Positions 52,281 through 64,000 of a stretch of 64,000 nucleotides of DNA are shown piece after piece. Each line of letters opens with the position of its first letter. The stretch's first letter is position 1. A program made the position numbers and the translations under genes. The stretch is from positions 682,001 through 746,000 of the forward strand of contig NW_027270889.1 in NCBI RefSeq assembly GCF_040938485.1. Reading direction: 5' to 3'. The DNA comes from Diadema antillarum. Lineage: Eukaryota. Under the pieces are notes generated by a model. That model saw only the letters and a program-made list of their open reading frames with translations. It was not told the origin of the DNA and ran no database searches.

Positions 52281-54130
52281 TAGTAGGCCTAAAGGTGCTC
52301 CACACTGGAGATTCGGTTTATCTACTGTCATGACTGTTTGAGAACAGAACTTGAAGGCTTAATGTTAGAGGTCTAACGCTAGACTAACTCAGCAACTGAC
52401 ATTGATGGTCAAATGTAATTGTTAGAGGGTCTAGATATCTACCCCTGTAGGGTCTAACAGTAACATATTATGTTCCATATAAAACGGTCTAGATAGTCTA
52501 CAACTGATTGAAAGTTTAGAATCTAGGCCTAGGGTCCTACTTCCGCTTTAAAGAATTTGACCCAACTAGATTGTTCTAGGCCTACTTCTAACCTTAGTAA
52601 GGTCTACATCTGGCAACGTGCAGTATATGCTTAGGCCTAGACCTAACTAACGTTAGGTTAGAACCTTTTCTAGACACCTAGTGTTACCGGTACTTAGAAC
52701 TGCTAGGCCAGGGGCCTACTGTTTATATACAGGCCATAGAGGTCTAGGTCTAGAAGGTCTTTAAAAAGTAAATGCAATATCCTCAGGCTTAGCACATCTA
52801 AAATGCTAAATCATGAAATCACTGGCTCACATGATGTAAATGAAAAATCTTCTAAAATTAAAAATGATTAGGGCCTACGCCTAATCAACGATCGAAGAGG
52901 TCTAGAATTTAGAAACGTTCTTAGACTCTCTATTACATTGTTAATGTTAGGTGCTAGATCTAGAACTAGACCTCTAGGATCCCTAGATCTATTTAGATCT
53001 AGGTCCTATGTCTAGAATTTCGTCTAACTGTTAGATCTATAACAAAGAACGGCTCCTAAGTGTTAGAACCTAGATGTAACATTAGATTCTAGATCTAACG
53101 TTAGATCTAGATTCTAAAGCTAACATTAGATCTAATAAATAACCGTCGTTTATACGCCTGATTCTTCAGTCTAGCGGTCTAGACCTTGATCTAACAGTAA
53201 GAATTAATGGTTAACGCTAGAAACCTGTCTAGCAGTCAGGTGTCACCTCCAGATTCTCTGTTTAGGGTGCCTAGATCTAGTTCTAACGACACACGTTAGG
53301 ACCTAGGCCTAACGAGCTTAATTTTTTATCCACTGCCCCCAAACAAATGGAATCTGTCATGCATTCCAATCTAACGCTAAAGGCCTAACGTTACAGCCTA
53401 GTCCTAGCCTAATTTAACCAACACTACAGTAGGCCTAGGCCTAGGCATATAACGTTAGGCCTACACAGGTTGGTCTAGACTGCATAGACAGCCCAGTCGC
53501 TGAATCAAAAGGTTCTGCACGGTGTCTTGTCGGCTTAAACCTAGAACCCCTAAGTGTGTTAAAGATCACGATCTTTGATAAAGTTACAGGTTGCTTGCTC
53601 CTAATTTGTTACGTTACAATTACAATAGTTTACATAGAGGGTCTGAAACAAACCAATTAACAGTTAGGCCTAACGACCTACGTTAGGCCTAACAAACGGC
53701 TACATGGATGAGTCTAACGTTACACTAATACACCACAGTCTAACTCTTATAGTCTAACGTTAAGCTTAATTTGTAATTTTCTGACCCAAAACAAAGAATG
53801 TCATTAACGTTGTTAGGGTCCCTACATTGCATACTAGAGTCTAGAGACAGTATACCTATAAGTCAAGTGGTTAGTGTCTAGATCTAACCTTTCCTGTCAC
53901 ACACATCAGTCTCACTCTCACCAGTCTTAGACTCAATAAATGAAACTATCAATATCATTCTCACCAGTTAGGGGCCTAATTGCCAAAGCTTAGACTAGAT
54001 AGGTTCTAGTTCTATATCTTTTTTCAAATTTTGGTGTAACTTAAACAACGGGTTGGACTCACTCTATTAACTAAGTTAGTCTCCAACCGTTTGTCTTATT
54101 AAACAATTACTCAGTAGGCCTAGGCCTACC
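52281..54130. repeat. CTAG/TCTAGA/TAGGCCTA-rich low-complexity tract inside the Academ element
   Basis: Dense short palindromes (TAGGCCTA, TCTAGA, AGATCT, CTAACGTTAG), including a 36-bp near-perfect palindrome at 53082-53117. Confidence 0.75.
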
Positions 54131-54592
54131 CGAATTACCTACGATGACACCCAGAGGCAGTATACAGACAGTAAGTTGAAAACTTGAGTTGTATGATGGG
54201 GGTTGTGTTTCTGGACACTTAAACTTATGTTTGCGCGTGAAAACTAAATTGCACCCTTTCCCTCAAAGACTTGATATAGACTCCTCATTTTAAATGCTAG
54301 ACAACGTACTCTGAAAACGGCGTGAGAATTAACCTGCTAAATCGTTACATTTCCCCTTCAAAGTACAAGTACAACTCTATAACAGTTATATATGTACGCG
54401 TCCGGTCCCACAACGCTTGGTCGTATTGTTTGGACTATTGTAAGAGGGCCGTTCAAAGGATTCAATCCTGAGCCTGGGGCTGAGGAGATCCATGTGAAGT
54501 ACCTGGTACTGTATCCACGGAATTATCAGTCAATTAATTTGTGGCCCTCTACAAGTTTTCAATTTACTGGGCGTCATCGTAGGTAATTCAGG
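54129..54592. mobile_element. MITE-like insertion flanked by TA, nested in the Academ element
   Basis: CC(C/T)GAATTACCTACGATGAC(A/G)CCCAG...TAA(G/A)TTGAAAACTTG inverted at both ends, with a 17-bp insertion in the left arm. Confidence 0.55.
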
Positions 54593-55214
54593 TAATAATT
54601 CAGTTATTGTTATTGACTACCCTTAACGTTAGAATTGACATTGTCATTCTATATTACTTTCATATTTAGCTTGACCTTGAGTAGAAAACCCTCTAGGCCT
54701 GACGACAAAGTTAAATCTCATCTTTTGAATAACATTGGAGGTCTATTCCAGTAAATGCTATAAGAGTAAAAAGTGACTTACCTTTGTAATGAGGAAACAT
54801 ACATGTAGATCCGATCCCCAAAAGTGGCCAAAGCCAACAAAGGCCAAGATGAATGGAGTTTTTTAGTCACTGCATTGGCTGGACACAGCTGTTTCTCTCA
54901 TGCTCAAATTGCTGCAGCTAGCTGCGATGCAGCTACATACACATAATATGTACGTGTAGGCCTTCCTGCACTGTGCGGTGTGCTCACGCACAGTACACTG
55001 TACATTACATGTAGGCCTAGCCTGTAGCCAGCTAGCTGTCTTGCCTAGCTAGCTAGCTGGCCTTTCAGAACTTTAGACCAATCAGATGCGAGCATTGAGA
55101 AATTAGGTGAATGCACTGTTGTACTAGTCTATGAATTCAGACATCATTGCTTCATATGTAAAATTTTAAAAAATGTGCAAATTAAGGGTATTTTCTCATT
55201 ATTACTGTTGGCAG

Positions 55215-55334
55215 ATTTCTTGGAGCACCCCCTAATTTTGATCCTTATATATATACAAATGTCTGAGGAAAAAATTACACTTTTGTCCGGCGTGTCACGA
55301 TTATCAGTATATTTGTCCCTAAGCCACCCCACTA
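55215..55334. repeat. Academ right terminal inverted repeat
   Basis: Ends CTAAGCCACCCCACTA and is followed by the TAG TSD. Confidence 0.88.
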
Positions 55335-57493
55335 TAGTGGGAATGCATGATTTTTATAACTTCCAATGACGTATTGTATAGTATATCTGAAGATCCAGTT
55401 TGAAGCAATTAGACAGCTGCTCTATGAGAACTTTAAATGGCAATTTATGCTACCAAATTTTGTGCAATAAATTTAGCATTATTGAAAGACATTGTACAGC
55501 TTCATGTAGAGTTTCTCTCTGACTATTTTTGTTTGTTAAAATCATTTCTACTGCAATAACAGCTTTGTTAAAAAGTACAATTATCTGCGCCCAAATCACA
55601 TTTCGCTCATCTTATTTTTCCATTTTACTGATATCTTTTATAGGCCCTATCTGTGGTTGTGAGGATATCTTTAAACGTCTTTCAATTCCCACAGCGAGCA
55701 AAGTTTCACTAAACTAATAGTGATTATCAGATCAAACAGATTCAAATATCAATCAAATGCTTACCCTTTAAGCCGTTTTTGTGTTTTCTTGATGGTGGAA
55801 TAACATAATCATTTTCAATCCGTTAGATTGCAGTATTTCTCATTTAGATTTTATTCTATTAAATCCATTTCATTTTCCTTCCACAGAACATAGAACATAA
55901 TCACAATATTACAATCGATCTTGAGTACACATTGGTTGATTGCAAGATAAAAAATTGATGGTAATCAACGAATTAAAAGCATGATTGTATACATATAGAT
56001 TCAAAGCAAGCTTATTTCATTATCTCCATTCTGAGAAAAATAAATAAGGGTCTTCTAAAAAGCTATTCTTACATAAAATGTGGACGACTCATGCGTGGAC
56101 ACCCAAAACTAAGACTTTATAATTCTAAAATAAAAAGTAAAAGTGCACCATATTGTGCCACTGGAGAGTTTCAAAATGGCATGCAACCAAATACGTGAGC
56201 CTGCGATAACGCCGTTTATTGCCACTAGGACACAATAACATTGCATAAAAATATTTATGCATCTCCGTGACATATCAACTGCAGTATCATGAGTAATTTT
56301 TCAAGCATAGTCTTTTGAGTGGATACCTCTTATTTTTTCGCAGAGTGGATCAAAGTGTATGTTTCTTTTTGTAGTGAACATGTACACACGAACATATTGT
56401 TATCCCTGTCTGACTATGTATGTTATCAACGACTCGCATGTCAAATTTATCATATTGTTTCTTGTACATTCCGTTGAAAAAAAGTGAAAAATAAAGTTTG
56501 AAAGTTTCAAAGAAAGATATTAGGTATTTCAAAAAATTACTCCTTTAAGAAAAAAAAACAATGAATGGTGATAGTTGTATGACTAATTTATACTTTCATG
56601 CAATATGTTTTATTAACGGCATATATATTTTTATTGCTTTTTCAATTCAGTTCAGTTTAATTCTGCATTCCGTTTTCATTGCATATGAGGAAAAATTGAC
56701 GTTATTATGTCATAAATCATACAAATTGTTTCAGCGCATTAATACACATTGTGGAGTACGATTGTATAAAGAAAACGTATAGGGACCATCTTCATAAGCA
56801 GAGCTTGACTAGGAAGATGGCCCCGGTGTCTGTGTATTTAACCCAAAACTTAACTTCCATTTTATTTCCCAGCATGTTTTGAAACGTAAAATCAACGCCA
56901 CACTCTCAAGTTATAATATTATTGTAGTAATTTATGCTTGATATGAAATACCAATTACCCATTCTATACTTAACATACAATGGTTCTACAGCAGATAAAG
57001 AAGTCACTGGAGGTAGCATAATGTTCGGAAGCTGCATGCAGTCAGGCAATCTGGAATGGACAATATAGCTGTGTATTGAAAAATCACAGCAATCAATTAT
57101 ACTCCCTAGAACAACTTTCACCTTCAGGTGAGATAAAATGGTGTTTCCTCTATACAGATAAAGTAAAAGGGATGTTGGGTAACCGATGAAAACCGACCAT
57201 TCAAGTTGGATAATTACACGCCCAATTGCATGACGCATGCAACTAGTCTATTTGGGTGTAATTATAATGTATCGAACCTTGTTTAGGTTTCCCGGCATTC
57301 ATTTGGTATCCCGTTGTGAGACCTTTTTTCGCGCATTATTGTCGATTATCAGTCAATTTGAATACCACTCATAATAGGGCACATAAAGCTTAGTATTCCA
57401 GCCCTCTTAGCTTCAGCGACTTTTCCGATAATCTAACTGAAATCTTGGGACAAACTAAGACTGTACCTGATGCACAGTTACCTGTAGAGACAA

Positions 57494-57535
<42 letters not shown>

Positions 57536-60500
57536 AATGCATTAGGCCTTCCGGTAGCTGGATTATGAAAATAATTATTACATGTGTTTACATCACTTAG
57601 AGAGACTCCAGAAGATTTCACTGCTTTTGCCTGATACCAAAGACTACGACTGCAAAATTGGCAGTTAACTGGTGAACAGGAAAAAGTAGCTTGGTACCAA
57701 CTTGTAAAATTGCCAGCGCCATGGTAATGAGGTTCCTTTATAATCCCATGCGATGATCAACAGGTTGGCATGGCTACGCGAAATGAGACTGACTCTCTTC
57801 CTTTCCTTTTCAAGGGGTGTCTGATGGTGGTCGATCGGTGAAGCCCTTTGGCCCAGTCTTAACTCTGACAATATTGTCACAATTTAGCCCGAAAGCCTGT
57901 TTTTATCTGATGACTGAGAAAGAGAGAGTGGTGATGTTTTTCTAATGTGCATCAATATGTGTTAGCAAGAAGGCGTCATTATCGCAGGTGCTGTTAGTTT
58001 ACAGAAAGATTTTTGCGTAATTTGGGAAGCTCAACAACAGCACAGGAGATTGAAAAAGAGAGTGATATAACACTTGGTAGCTTTCACTCTAAGTGTATTG
58101 ATTACTTTTAATTCCTCCAGCATACCCTTAACAAAAACATGCAGTTAAACATCCGATGGTTTATATGCGATTTGGCTTATCGTGATTCAAAAGCATCGTC
58201 ACGTAAGGCTTTTTTTTTAGAACCACATAATACAATGTATCCAAAGACCTATATCTTTTTTTCCACCTTTTTTTTAATAAGAATAAACCAAGGGCTCTCA
58301 CCAGGTAAAGGGGATCCGTGAGTACCGCATGAAAGTGAAGTTAAGTGCAACTTTGCAATTTTTTTCTTTGTTTCGTTTTGAATAGCTGTGCTTCGTCATT
58401 TCTTATATATTTCTCTTTTTTTTTGTTATGTGGTTGCACGGACATTTCCGGGGCAAATACAGGTGATCAGAAATAAAGTATATGTTAATGTTGAGTCTTG
58501 TAATTGAAATAATAGACATGATATTAGCAAAAGTAAATTTGTAAGCATTAAATTCTTTTTATTCAGCCTAGTACTCCCACTATTGCTAAGGCGGCGTGAT
58601 AAATAGTGATAAAACTCGTCATCACAATTTCAATAACAGTCACATAATTATACATTACGGTCATTGACACCGATACGAACTGGTATAGTCATTGATATGT
58701 TGCAATATTTCCAAACCTTATTTTTCATTTATTTATTTATTTTTTTGGTAGGGGGGAGACAAACAGCGTTGAAAAAGTACAAATGCGTCACGTGCTGGTA
58801 AAGGAACGCAAGGAAAGCAACCCAAGGAGTATAGTTGCAAGAAACGTGACACATATTTGATTTGATTTGATTTGATTTATTTATTCTCTGTATGCCATCT
58901 TTTTTTCAAGTACATCAACTTTCTGCAATTTCATTAACAGAGTACAAAATACCGGTAGTATACTTTATACAATTGTCATCATTTTCATCAATTATGCAAT
59001 ACATCTGTAGTATAATTACATGAGTAACATATGTTAATAATTTGCATACAGAACGATTGCCAATAATAAGCACAACGCTTGACTGTTTGGCAACCGATAA
59101 CAAATAACATTACAATGAAGAAAATCAAGAGGGTCCAACATGATGCTCGTGGAATAAGGGTTAGGGAGAGAGAGAGAGAAAGAGAGCGAGAGAGAAGAAA
59201 GGAAGGGGAGGAGATGATAAAAACCTCCGGATACTAGTCTCGCCAGATCAACTCGACATACCTCTATACCTAGACACATACATACATATTATTGTAAATA
59301 ATCATAATATTCTATGGCATAACTTGGGTATAGAAAAGGTTTCAGGCAATATCGTCTCTTGATGGATATTGATGTCTGATGATCCGTCATCTTTTTATAA
59401 ATACATACTATGACCCACCATAAAATGTCGAAAAATACATTCAATATTTCATATTCATTTTGAACAAAAATGTTGCAACTCTTGAGCAGAAAATATTTTA
59501 CACATAAATTTTCCATTTGAAAATTATTCATAAAAGTTACGTCGGACCAAAAAAAAAAGTTTTGATCTGAAGGGATTAACAGAGTGCGCATGCACGTGGT
59601 AGCAAAGTTTGCCACTATAAGTGACGTCATCAAACTGTCAGCATTCATTTAGCAAAATTGATTGATCGGCCTACAACTTCTTCGCTCTGGGTGATTTTGA
59701 AAATGTCCTGAATGTTATGCCCACAAACAACCTGAATGGGGGAGAGAGTGTATGGCTACAGCGATCAATTTCTTTTTATTTTGTTTTTCTGTCCAAACGT
59801 ACTATTCTTTCTTTGATAGAACGTTTATACTGCTAGTCATAACAATCGTACCGAGTGCTACTGAAAATTAAGAAAATTACTAGATTACATCAAGGTCTTA
59901 AGTCACTGTTGCAAATCACTGGAATACAGACCTCCCACCGATATCCGCAACATAAAAGGAAAAGACCTCCCTCCAACAAACACATATACACATAAAATAC
60001 ATAATAGACCTAGACACATCCATATCATACGTCACTATGGTAATGTTGACATTGTATAAGAATTTTTTGACTCAGTGACGAGTTAAGTGGATGTTGTTTA
60101 TAACTTCTTCTTTTTTTGCTCCACATGATCTCAACTTTATATCCCAATTACTAATTATTTTTTTTCTTTCTTCTTTGGTATCGGCAGACGGTAGTTAATT
60201 GCCGTGATTATGCACATATCCAGCGTTGAGCGTTGAAATGTTACGTTGTCTTGGTTGGCGGTGTGGCGTCTTCTTTTTGGGATAGGCTACTAAACTTTCT
60301 GGCCGTTTATATAAACATAATGTTTATGACCTTCATGGGTTCATTGTTGAGGCAATTTGCGCCCATCTGACTCAAACTTTGATTATAAGAAATGGTTTGC
60401 CCTCAATTTGAGGAGCACGACTACTTAAGCAGGTGTCTCTATTGCATTCTGTTATCGAAATTTTTAACCAGGCTGCCTTTGAATAAGTTACATTGTACCG

Positions 60501-61569
60501 TCTTAGTGTTTATGATGTATATCAAAATAGCGTAATAGGATTTCAACAGACATGAAAGAGATAGTTAAATCATTATTTGCTGGTTGAATGAATATCCATC
60601 AATACTTTATCGGTGCTTCCTCCAGCACAAGAGAGGTCCACAATAGATGAATTCAGATGTTATACAAAAAATAGCCCTATTTTTGCGCAGACTACTGAAC
60701 TGTTTGTCAAGTAATCTTCCACGAAGTTAACCACTAGTTAAAATAAGCTATTACGAACAACAAACAGCCATTAAAAGTTTCAAAATAACAATTGTCCTCG
60801 GTTCCTTTTCAGCGCGACGACAAAAGCTGGTATTAGGGCCTGCTTAACGCGGTGCGCTAGAAAGGCCCGACTATTACAGAAAAGGAAAGTGCTAAGTGGT
60901 TTTCAGCACCGTGCGATGCTACTGAAGATAGCACGCCGCGCTGGTGCGCATTGAAAACATTTTCATTTATTGATCGCATGACGGTCATTTGCTTATGGCG
61001 GTTGACAATCTGGGAATAATAATTAGCTTCTTGAATCGTTGTTTACATGGGGTATTAGCGGCACTGTCAGTATTTTGAACTGACTGCATTCTAGCAGAGA
61101 AAAGCACGAAGGAGGCTCTTATAATTCCTCTCAATACCCTCTCTTTTCCTCCTAAAAACGTCTTGGAGGACGACAGAAAAATGTATTGTTGTGTTCAACA
61201 CGCTCTTGACAAATCTTAAGTAAACTAAACGCCTCTGGGAAGGGGGAAATTCAAAAAGTTGTTTTTGTAATGCGGTATTCAAAGTAAGTACCGTTGTTCA
61301 TTATTTCCAGCGATCTGTTCAGTTCAAGTGGGACACCAGTCGTAAGAAGTGGCTTTAATGGACTCAGTTCTTTCAGAACACTTACCAGGGAAAAACTGCC
61401 AAGTTTATTTTTTCTCTCTTTCTTTTGAGAATTTAGCCTAATTGAAGCCGAATTTGTCCATTCGACGTGCTGCTCTGCTATGAGAGGAGGAAACACGCAT
61501 AAACACCTATGAGCATGGCATATCTTTATGTTGGTGTGTGGGTTTATGATAATAAGCCTCGATATCATA

Positions 61570-61655
61570 GTGGTGGCCCGGTAGCCTGGGGCCATTAAAA
61601 TTTGATGTCGGGCCACCAGTCTTTAAGTTTGAGGTGGTCCGATCGGACGACAAAG
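61570..61655 (+). mobile_element. Degenerate fragment of the 30226..30674 MITE family
   Basis: GGTGGCCCGGTAGCCTGGGGCCATTAAAATTTGATGTCGGGCCACCA aligns by eye with GGTGGCCCGGTGGCCCGGGGCCACCAAAAATGAAAGTCGGGCCACCA. Confidence 0.6.
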
Positions 61656-64000
61656 ATATCAAAGTAGATTACAATGAAATGTTTCTTTTTATTTACCTCC
61701 ACTGACTCTTCGGATCATTAAAGGAGACCTCCCAATGACTTTCTGATTTTTACATTTGAACAACTATAAATTAGTTATACTGATGACATAGTTTCAGAAT
61801 TTGTGATAATTGGGAGGAAGAATAAGAATATTTTCAAAATTTAGGACAAATTGCAATGAACAAGGATGATGACATGGCAGAGTCACCATAGGAATTCATG
61901 AGTTGGGGCTCAAGTAAGTAGAACAAAAAAAGAAGGCATGCATAGATTATAAACAGGTGAACTAGCAAGTAAGCGGTATTGTAATGGAATTACGTACACT
62001 GCTACATTTGTGAAATACGTGAACCTCCTATGTCATCATCCTTGTTCAGTGTAATTTGTTTAAAGTTTTTCAAAGTATTTTTTCTCTGCTCAAGAACCAC
62101 AATAAATTCCACAAATCCATTCATGGAGTTGTCGATTTATGTACTACATGATGTGAAATTATGAAAATCGTCTGGAATGCCCCTTTAACAATCAGTTTCA
62201 AATTCAATAACACCTGAGAAAAAAAAAGTATGCCTTGTGTAAAGCACTCGTTCACGGAAAATAGAAAATGGAGAATATGAACCGAGAGTATAGCAGCTGC
62301 TACCTATGATGCAGGCCCGGCGGAACCGGGGGCCGGGGGCTCGCCCTCACCCCCCCCCCCCCACACACACACACACTTCTTTTGCAGCATACATATAGCC
62401 CCCACTTTTTTAACCCCGGAAGTCTCGCTAGAAATAGAATGAAACCTTGAAGCGTGAGTGCGGTAAGGGCCCCCTTTTTTTTTGGGGGGGGGGGGGGGGG
62501 GCTTGTCAGTTTGAAGAAATCCGGAAGTGGCACCACAAGTTGCGCTGAAGGCTCTTTTTTTTCCTTCTTTTTCTTCTCCTTCTTGTTAGCCAATTTATAA
62601 TCTCAATGATTGGTTGGTGGGTTCCTAGAGAGGGTATTGTAAACGCGTGAAAGCATAGCAGATGCGTTTTTTGCACCTTGAGAGTATAGCTACACGTTTT
62701 ATGGCATGAACCCCTGGGAGAGTGACTATGCTTTAGGTGTGACCAAGGAGGTTCGAGAGATGGAGTTACAACTGACTATAATTATTCAATCAGCTGTCAG
62801 TTTTCTATGGATGGACAAAAGAATTCCACAGGTGCATTTGTGCCTTTGATGTTCGATGCTTGAAGCTGCCATCTTTCTGAGCGATCTGAAGATTCATTCT
62901 TAATGCTAACATAATATCGGATATAATATTATGCTGCTCGTTTATATTTCAAATGCGATGAAATTTCACCTAATGATAAAGCATATAAAACAAAAGTTAA
63001 TTCCGTTCGAAAATAATTATGTGCAAAAGTGTAAATCTGAGCTGTATTTTGTGAAAGTGTTTGAAATTTTACCCTCATTGAAAGCCGGTTTTATCACTTT
63101 TCTCCTTATTTCCGCAAAATGAAACTAATATGGTATCATCTTCACGTATAGTTCTTTATAAATTACTATGTCAGGTTAGCGTACAATCACATACATTCGA
63201 GTAATAAAGTATATTTTGATATCTATTTAAGCAATATTTGAGCAATTTCTATTCGCGCATCCCCGTGCCTTTACCATTGTCTACCACCCATCGTTTGTAA
63301 GTATAGGGATAGCGAAAAGTAATTCCAAATCACAAAGACATAATCTTCCTTGGAAAGTGGCTGGTGATTTATGCAATGAGCATCTGAGCGGCAGATCCAG
63401 TTTGACACATACTTCAAATATTTTTGAGTGGCGGCTTCGAGCATGGGATCAAAGCGAATAAGACTGTTGTGACTCCATTTCTCGAACCTCCTTAGTGTGC
63501 AATGCCAAGACCACCATAGCCAAGAAAGCGATATCTCCCCTCCCCACCCTTCTGTGTCCCCACCCCCTCCCCCACCCCTTCCAGACATCGATCGATGATT
63601 CTAGAGTCAAGAAAAGCTCTGATTCGACTGTGACTCCTTTCTTGCTGCACGCCCTCAACGTCCAGAGCATCTGATAATCTCCATTTTTCCGTGAACGAGA
63701 AAAATTCTGAAGAGAAAACTCCGACAATATGACGGGAACGCAAAATCCAATCACAAAGCTCATCGGATCAAGATATTTGGATCTGGCGAGATCATGGTGA
63801 GTTTTTTTAGGGGGAAGTATTTCTACATTTACGACGTGGCTGAAAAATTTTGTTCCTCCAGCTCCACTGCACCGCAGTTACGCTACGTGTGTGGACTAGG
63901 CCGTCCATCAACCATGGGACTCGGTGCGATAGAAGTCGGGATCGTGTGCCGTAGTCCCGAACGTAAAGATTAGCGTCAGTTACGTTTTGATTATTGTATG

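Larger units (their letters stand above)
44024..55334 (-). mobile_element. Full-length Academ-superfamily (AcademX-type) DNA transposon, 11.3 kb
   Basis: TIRs start TAGTGGGGTGGCTTAG at both ends, with further matches ATCGTGACACG, GGACAAAAG and GGGTGCTCCA(A)AGAAA. The 3-bp TSD is TAG (44021-44023 and 55335-55337). The encoded protein has DDE-like + XPG/FEN1 + Cys8 domains, the AcademX architecture. Confidence 0.9.

Noticed and set aside
57330-57490. Possible terminal exon on the minus strand after a strong-looking acceptor
   Set aside because: Only a 30-codon frame with no recognisable product, and the pyrimidine tract is a (TTG)n microsatellite
1-64000. CRISPR arrays, rRNA genes or prokaryotic operons
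   Set aside because: None seen; the sequence is intron-containing animal DNA

Overview
AT-rich animal genomic DNA, most likely an echinoderm such as a sea urchin. That assignment is an inference from FoxAB, alpha9/10-like nAChRs and a Deu-domain-like SINE. Four N-gaps are present. Host genes: two head-to-head, multi-exon nicotinic acetylcholine receptor alpha subunits (alpha9/10-like), both fully reconstructed by hand to 479 aa (gene A minus strand, 11774..5420, 6 exons; gene B plus strand, 14058..22977, 8 exons); a single-exon FoxAB-type forkhead gene (28615..29661); and a candidate signal-peptide exon of a third gene at the left edge. No host gene is recognisable to the right of FoxAB. That region holds a 5'-truncated L1/Tx1-like LINE and a complete 11.3-kb AcademX-type DNA transposon (44024..55334). 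The transposon has TAG-starting TIRs, a 3-bp TAG TSD and a spliced DDE + XPG + Cys8 transposase gene with one frameshift. It also carries two perfect RFX X-boxes, DR1 arrays, two nested MITEs and an unusual ~1.8-kb CTAG/TAGGCCTA-rich tract. Several MITEs, one tRNA-derived SINE and many microsatellites lie elsewhere. All coordinates were read by eye, no database searches were run, and family assignments rest on recalled motifs.
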